37,263 bases of DNA, taken from NCBI RefSeq assembly GCF_001194135.2, contig NC_068986.1, positions 24,810,748 to 24,848,010 on the forward strand. Reading direction: 5' to 3'. Both the position numbers and the translations under genes were made by a program. The notes under the pieces are model-generated. The model saw only the letters and a list, made by a program, of their open reading frames with translations. It did not search any database and was not told where the DNA came from. This DNA comes from Octopus bimaculoides. Lineage: Eukaryota. Below are positions 32,737-37,263 of the stretch, in pieces; the first letter of the stretch is position 1, and each line of letters begins with the position of its first letter.

Positions 32737-33016
32737 GACTGGGTAGACGAGAAAATGTACGGAAGCACGCCGGCTGACTTGTACTTGTAATTCAAAATTC
32801 CTACTGATCAAACTTTATGATGCTAATTATACTTCTGAATTACATTAAGAGTAGCGTATGTCTGTGGAATACTCAACCACTCACACGTTGATTCACTGAA
32901 CAATTTCCTTAGTGCTGATCGGAAAAACTATTATAAGTTGTTCCCAACGCGGGAGTCCATTTTTATGTATATAAGCACATACACACACACAAACACCCAC
33001 CAACCCACACATACAT

Positions 33017-33050
<34 letters not shown>

Positions 33051-33942
33051 ACAAAATATAACAGCCTCTTCAGCATACATCTGCCCGTGCGCGCGCACGT
33101 ATCTTTGCAAAGTCATCTCAACGCAGAGGCTTTCAATGCTAGATATAACAATCATTACTCCTTGAAATTAAGCCATCCAGTTTTATAAAGAGCTAGGAAA
33201 CATTAGAAAAATGTAGTCTTAGGTATACGGTGGCCTAAAAAAAAAAGATCGGTTTTAGCAAGAAAGCATTTTGCTCATACGGATTCCCGATGAGGGATTA
33301 CTCGGAGCTAAACAACAATAAGATCGATCAGTGAAAATAAAAATCAATTAACAATAGGTGAGCAGAAAATGCTGTTTAGGATTCAATAACTGAGAATCGC
33401 TCTTAGCTTTCATGGAACTCGAGAAGTGAAACTGTGGAATTTAAATCTGAATATTTTAATAATTGTTTGTATACGTAGGTGTGTGCGTATGAGAGTGTAC
33501 GTGTGCGTATGTTTGTGCGTGCGTATCTATGTGTCTGTACGAGTGCCTTTGTGTATTGGTGCATGTGTGTGACTATGAGCGTGGGTGTGAGTATCTGCGG
33601 AAGTGTCTGTGCATGTAAGAGTTAGCATGAGTGTGAAGTAACTGGAGATGTTAATGCGTTCCTAAATTTCTCGCGATTTGCCTGGCAGTCAGGTGAAGTA
33701 AAATAAATCTAGGTGCGTGTTAAAACTCTCAAGTCAGCCAACGCACCTAGACCTGTACATTACGAAATTAGTGTTGCAGCTGTTGGGGTGTGTATTGAAC
33801 AAGCTTCCATTTCTGTGCTAATGCATAAATATACCGAGCGCATGCACGAACATACTCACACACGCGCGCACACACACGCACATACATGCTCATGCGCACA
33901 CACACAAACTGACATATACATGCACACATATCTAAATGTGTG

Positions 33943-33987
<45 letters not shown>

Positions 33988-33991
<4 letters not shown>

Positions 33992-34062
33992 TTTTATTCT
34001 TTTATTTGTTTCAGGCTTTTGACTGTGGCCATGCTGGAGCACCGCCTTTAGTCGAACAAATC
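33988..34062 (-). mobile_element. SINE family A, 3' end
   Basis: TTCTTTTATT...TTGACTGTGGCCATGCTGGAGCACCGCCTTTAGTCGAACAAATCGA. Confidence 0.8.
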
Positions 34063-34954
34063 GAATTTCACTATTCCACAGTAATTTCATTGGAAATTCC
34101 TAGATTCTACCTACAAACAAACGCAGAACGTTTTAGCATCTTTTGCTTCGTCGTCCTATCGTTTCTTCTGCTCTTCACAAGATCAGCGTTTTGTTCCAAA
34201 TATTTCCAGATGACTTGTGACACTCGACTTTGATGCCAATAGACTTTCTTGTTTACATTCTCCGTGACAAATTGCTGATATTATATACTTCCAATCACAA
34301 TACCCACACTCATCACTGCAAACGCCATTCTAAATTAGAACATTTCCGCAATTTTAAGTTCTCTAGTGTAGGTAAAACTTGGCTAAGCAATGTTATGTAT
34401 CAGCGTTGCGTTTTTGCTTTTACTTATTTTCTTATTTTCTTTATTTCTTATTTATTTATTTTAATGTAAGACCTTTTGGAGAAGACTTTTCTGTCACACG
34501 TTATTTCAAAAATTAATTGTATTCCAAATACGAAATTCCTTGCCAGAAGATTAATATTCAGCTTGAGTATTGACTTATGAGAAGACTTTTAATGTAAATC
34601 CGAAGCGGTCATATTATGCTCGAGAATTTGACACCTAATTTATCACCTCTAGGTGATAAACAAGGTGAATTTAAGTACCTATTTTTCTCTTCCAGTTCTT
34701 TTGTTGAAAGTTTTTATCATATCTTATTGCTGTTTCTCTAACATACGTATCATTTAAGGTTATAAATGATATGAATGTCAGGGGAAACATAGCAACAAGA
34801 TCTTTAGATCTCCAGAAACTGCTGGCTTAAACCTAATCTAGCATATCTTTGCAGGATCTTTACTGCAACATTTTAGTGGGTTTCTGTGATATAATAATCA
34901 CCTGAAGATATATTCCATCATGTATAGCTATTAACACATTAGTTACGCAATGAC

Positions 34955-35106
34955 GACACGTGGCTGAGTGGTTAGATCTGTTACATCCACGGTCCTAGGG
35001 TTGTGGGTCAGCTTACGGGACCATCCAGCGCGTTTTGCCCTGCTCCTTGAGCAAGGCACTTCATTTTACTTGTCTCAGTCAGCTCAGCTGAAATGCGGTA
35101 CCGGTG

Positions 35107-35196
<90 letters not shown>

Positions 35197-35240
35197 CCGC
35201 TGAATCAACGGTCGAATCGCCAAGAGGATGCCCACGGTGA
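34955..35240 (+). mobile_element. SINE family C, old copy interrupted by (CT)n at 35109-35193
   Basis: GTGGCTGAGTGGTTAG...CTCCTTGAGCAAGGCACTTCATTTTAC...CTCAGCTGAAATG, then after the repeat GTTCCGCTGAATCAAC...CGGTGACGCAGT. Confidence 0.6.
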
Positions 35241-35419
35241 CGCAGTCCTACATACCTACCTAAAAACAATTAGTGAGAAAATATTGCATTTCCAAATTAA
35301 TCGTGCTTGCGTATGACGGCTATACTGCTCTTAGTTAACATAAGGATATACATCCGCAAATATTTCATGAAATGATTAACATACATACATATATAAAGCA
35401 AGTATATAGATACAAAATG

Positions 35420-35481
<62 letters not shown>

Positions 35482-35590
35482 TGTGTATGTATATATATAT
35501 ATATTTGTATATATATATACGTGTGTGTATATATATGTGCGTGTATATATATATATACGTGTGCATATATATATATGTATATTGAAAAAA

Positions 35591-36378
35591 AGGTTTGATC
35601 AATAAGAATCCAGACTGGTGCTATAAAAGCAAAACTACAACACGTACCAATTTAGCATTTAATCTCCTAAGTCACACACGTAATCGAGTGCTGTTTCTAT
35701 TGACAGAAGCATTCTTGGAATAGGTTTTCTGGAATAATTAGCAGCTTCCTCGTCGCATTCACGTTGATTTCTTCGACGTCTTGAAATCTGCTTCCTTTCA
35801 AGTTCTAGAAAGAGGACAAAGTTCCGTCGGAGAATACGGTGGTTGTCGGACCTTGGAGAATGTTGTGCCTAGCCAAAAACTGCTGCACAAGCTGCGCTGA
35901 ATAGGCAGATGGGTTGTCGTGGTGCAATTGCTACTCACCGTACGTATGTAATTGTGGCCTTTTCCGGCGAATACCACCCCGCAAACGCTACAAAGCGTCG
36001 TGGTAGTACTCTTTATTTACTGGTCTGACCAGGTGGAGCATACTTATGATGAACACTCCCCTTCTAGTCGAAGAAAACGGTCAAAAGTATCTTCACATTG
36101 CTTCGGTCTCAGAGAGGTTGGAGGCTTCCACTGCTAAGACAGAACCTTTGTTCGGGATCATAGCCATAGACACGCGATTCATTACCTGTTAAGGCCGGTT
36201 TCATCGTTCTCGACACAATCAAGAAGATCTTGTGAACTGAAACCCGACTATCCTTTTGGTCGGCTGAAAGCAGCTTTGGCACAAATTTGGCAGACACGAG
36301 TGTCATACCCAAATCTTCAATGATAATGGACTGAACTGAACCGTAACTGATCTGCACGTCCTCTGATAACTCGCACAC
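35591..36378 (-). mobile_element. Mariner (DD34D) transposase relic, 5'-truncated
   Basis: Reads SIIIEDLGMTLVSAKFVPKLLSADQKDSRV...TGNESRVYGYDPE; in shifted frames LLTVFFD*KGSVHHKYAPPGQT, HDNPSAYSAQLVQQFLARHNI, VRQPPYSP and LKGSRFQDVEEI. Probable 3' TIR GGTTTGATCAATAAGAATCCAGACTGG near 35592. Confidence 0.9.
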
Positions 36379-36408
36379 ACATGTGCTATGTTCTCACTTC
36401 TGCTGGTT

Positions 36409-36450
36409 TCGAGTTTATTGACTCTTGTCGACAAGAGTCAATAAACTCGA
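36409..36450. repeat. Perfect 42-bp palindrome with no spacer
   Basis: TCGAGTTTATTGACTCTTGTC|GACAAGAGTCAATAAACTCGA. Confidence 0.97.
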
Positions 36451-36706
36451 GACATTGGTGTCTGAGATACCCGAGAGATGGCGACATTGAACGAACTGGA
36501 TGTTTTCACACCTTTTTACTATAAGAGGGATGTTTTCTACGCGGCAACTGCAGTGTATTTGCCTTTAGCAGTTGAAATATATGGCACACATATTTCAACT
36601 AACCTAAATTGTGATTATATGTGAACACTGCTTTGCGTCATTACTACGTTATATATATATATATATGAATGAAAGGTTTGAAAATGCAATTTTAAAGTTG
36701 TTTATT

Positions 36707-36750
36707 CACTTGACCGGTTTCACTTTTTTAGAAAAAGATTGTCAAAAGTA
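36707..36750 (-). ncRNA. Minimal type-I hammerhead motif, U3:A8 variant
   Basis: The minus strand reads UACUU-UUGACAA-U-CUUUUU-CUA-AAAAAG-U-GAAA-CCGG-UC-AAGUG, followed by AATAAA and a (TA)n tail. Confidence 0.55.
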
Positions 36751-37206
36751 AAATGTAAAGCTTTGTATGAGCTTTGTTCTGTTAAGTACTGGTTATCACA
36801 AAAGGTACTAAAATACATATATACATTCTTTGATAATAATAATAAGAAGAAAATGTTTAAAACATTTTACAAGAAAGTATTTTAGAAAGTAAAAAGCATT
36901 TTGAGTTCAATAACAATCATGTTTGTTTGGTAGTATATAACACAGAAGGAGAAATATTTACAAAGAATTGTAGAGGAATAACTGACCTGTCTTTTTGGCA
37001 TTTTGTTTTGTGTGTAGCAAAGGAATGTTTGCTATTTTAAGGGACAGTGTGAGAGATTGGTTGGGAGGGAAGGAAGAGCAATGTGGAATCAAGAGGATTT
37101 TTTTGTTTCTGGGTTAGTCTGTCATGGTTCAGTGGTTTGGGGGACTTGTCTTAAAGGTCAGAACGGTGTGAGTGTGTGTGTCTCTCTCTCTCAGTGCATG
37201 TCTCTA

Positions 37207-37263
<57 letters not shown>

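Noticed and set aside
34111-34274. Open minus-strand frame QFVTENVNKKVYWHQSRVSQVIWKYLEQ... (exon or Tc1 N-terminus)
   Set aside because: Poor acceptor and only a vague Tc1 resemblance; cannot be supported without a search.

Overview
AT-rich eukaryotic genomic DNA, not prokaryotic. It carries many microsatellites and nine N-gaps (3,847 N in total). The repeat families resemble octopus repeats as I recall them (octopus-type tRNA-derived SINEs, RTE LINEs, mariners), so a coleoid cephalopod short-read scaffold is likely; the taxon is an inference, not a database result. I could not identify an intact host protein-coding gene. Most ORFs in the supplied track are artefacts of microsatellites or gaps. 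The window is a transposon graveyard: a Penelope-like RT fragment, several RTE fragments, an R4/Dong-like restriction-endonuclease LINE end embedded in (CATA)n, a LINE ORF1 5' end, three mariner derivatives, a hAT-type MITE, more than 20 SINE pieces from three families, and an intron-containing tRNA-Leu pseudogene. The most notable signal is a set of minimal type-I hammerhead-ribozyme motifs, all with a palindromic stem III that would need dimerisation. One has a fully canonical core (6484-6547 +), two are core variants (25460-25496 - and 36707-36750 -), and one is a relic (14430-14477 +). Other items of interest are a ~2.4 kb-spaced inverted repeat pair around the tRNA pseudogene, a perfect 42-bp palindrome, and two ETS-motif promoter-like sites. 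All folds and alignments were done by eye.
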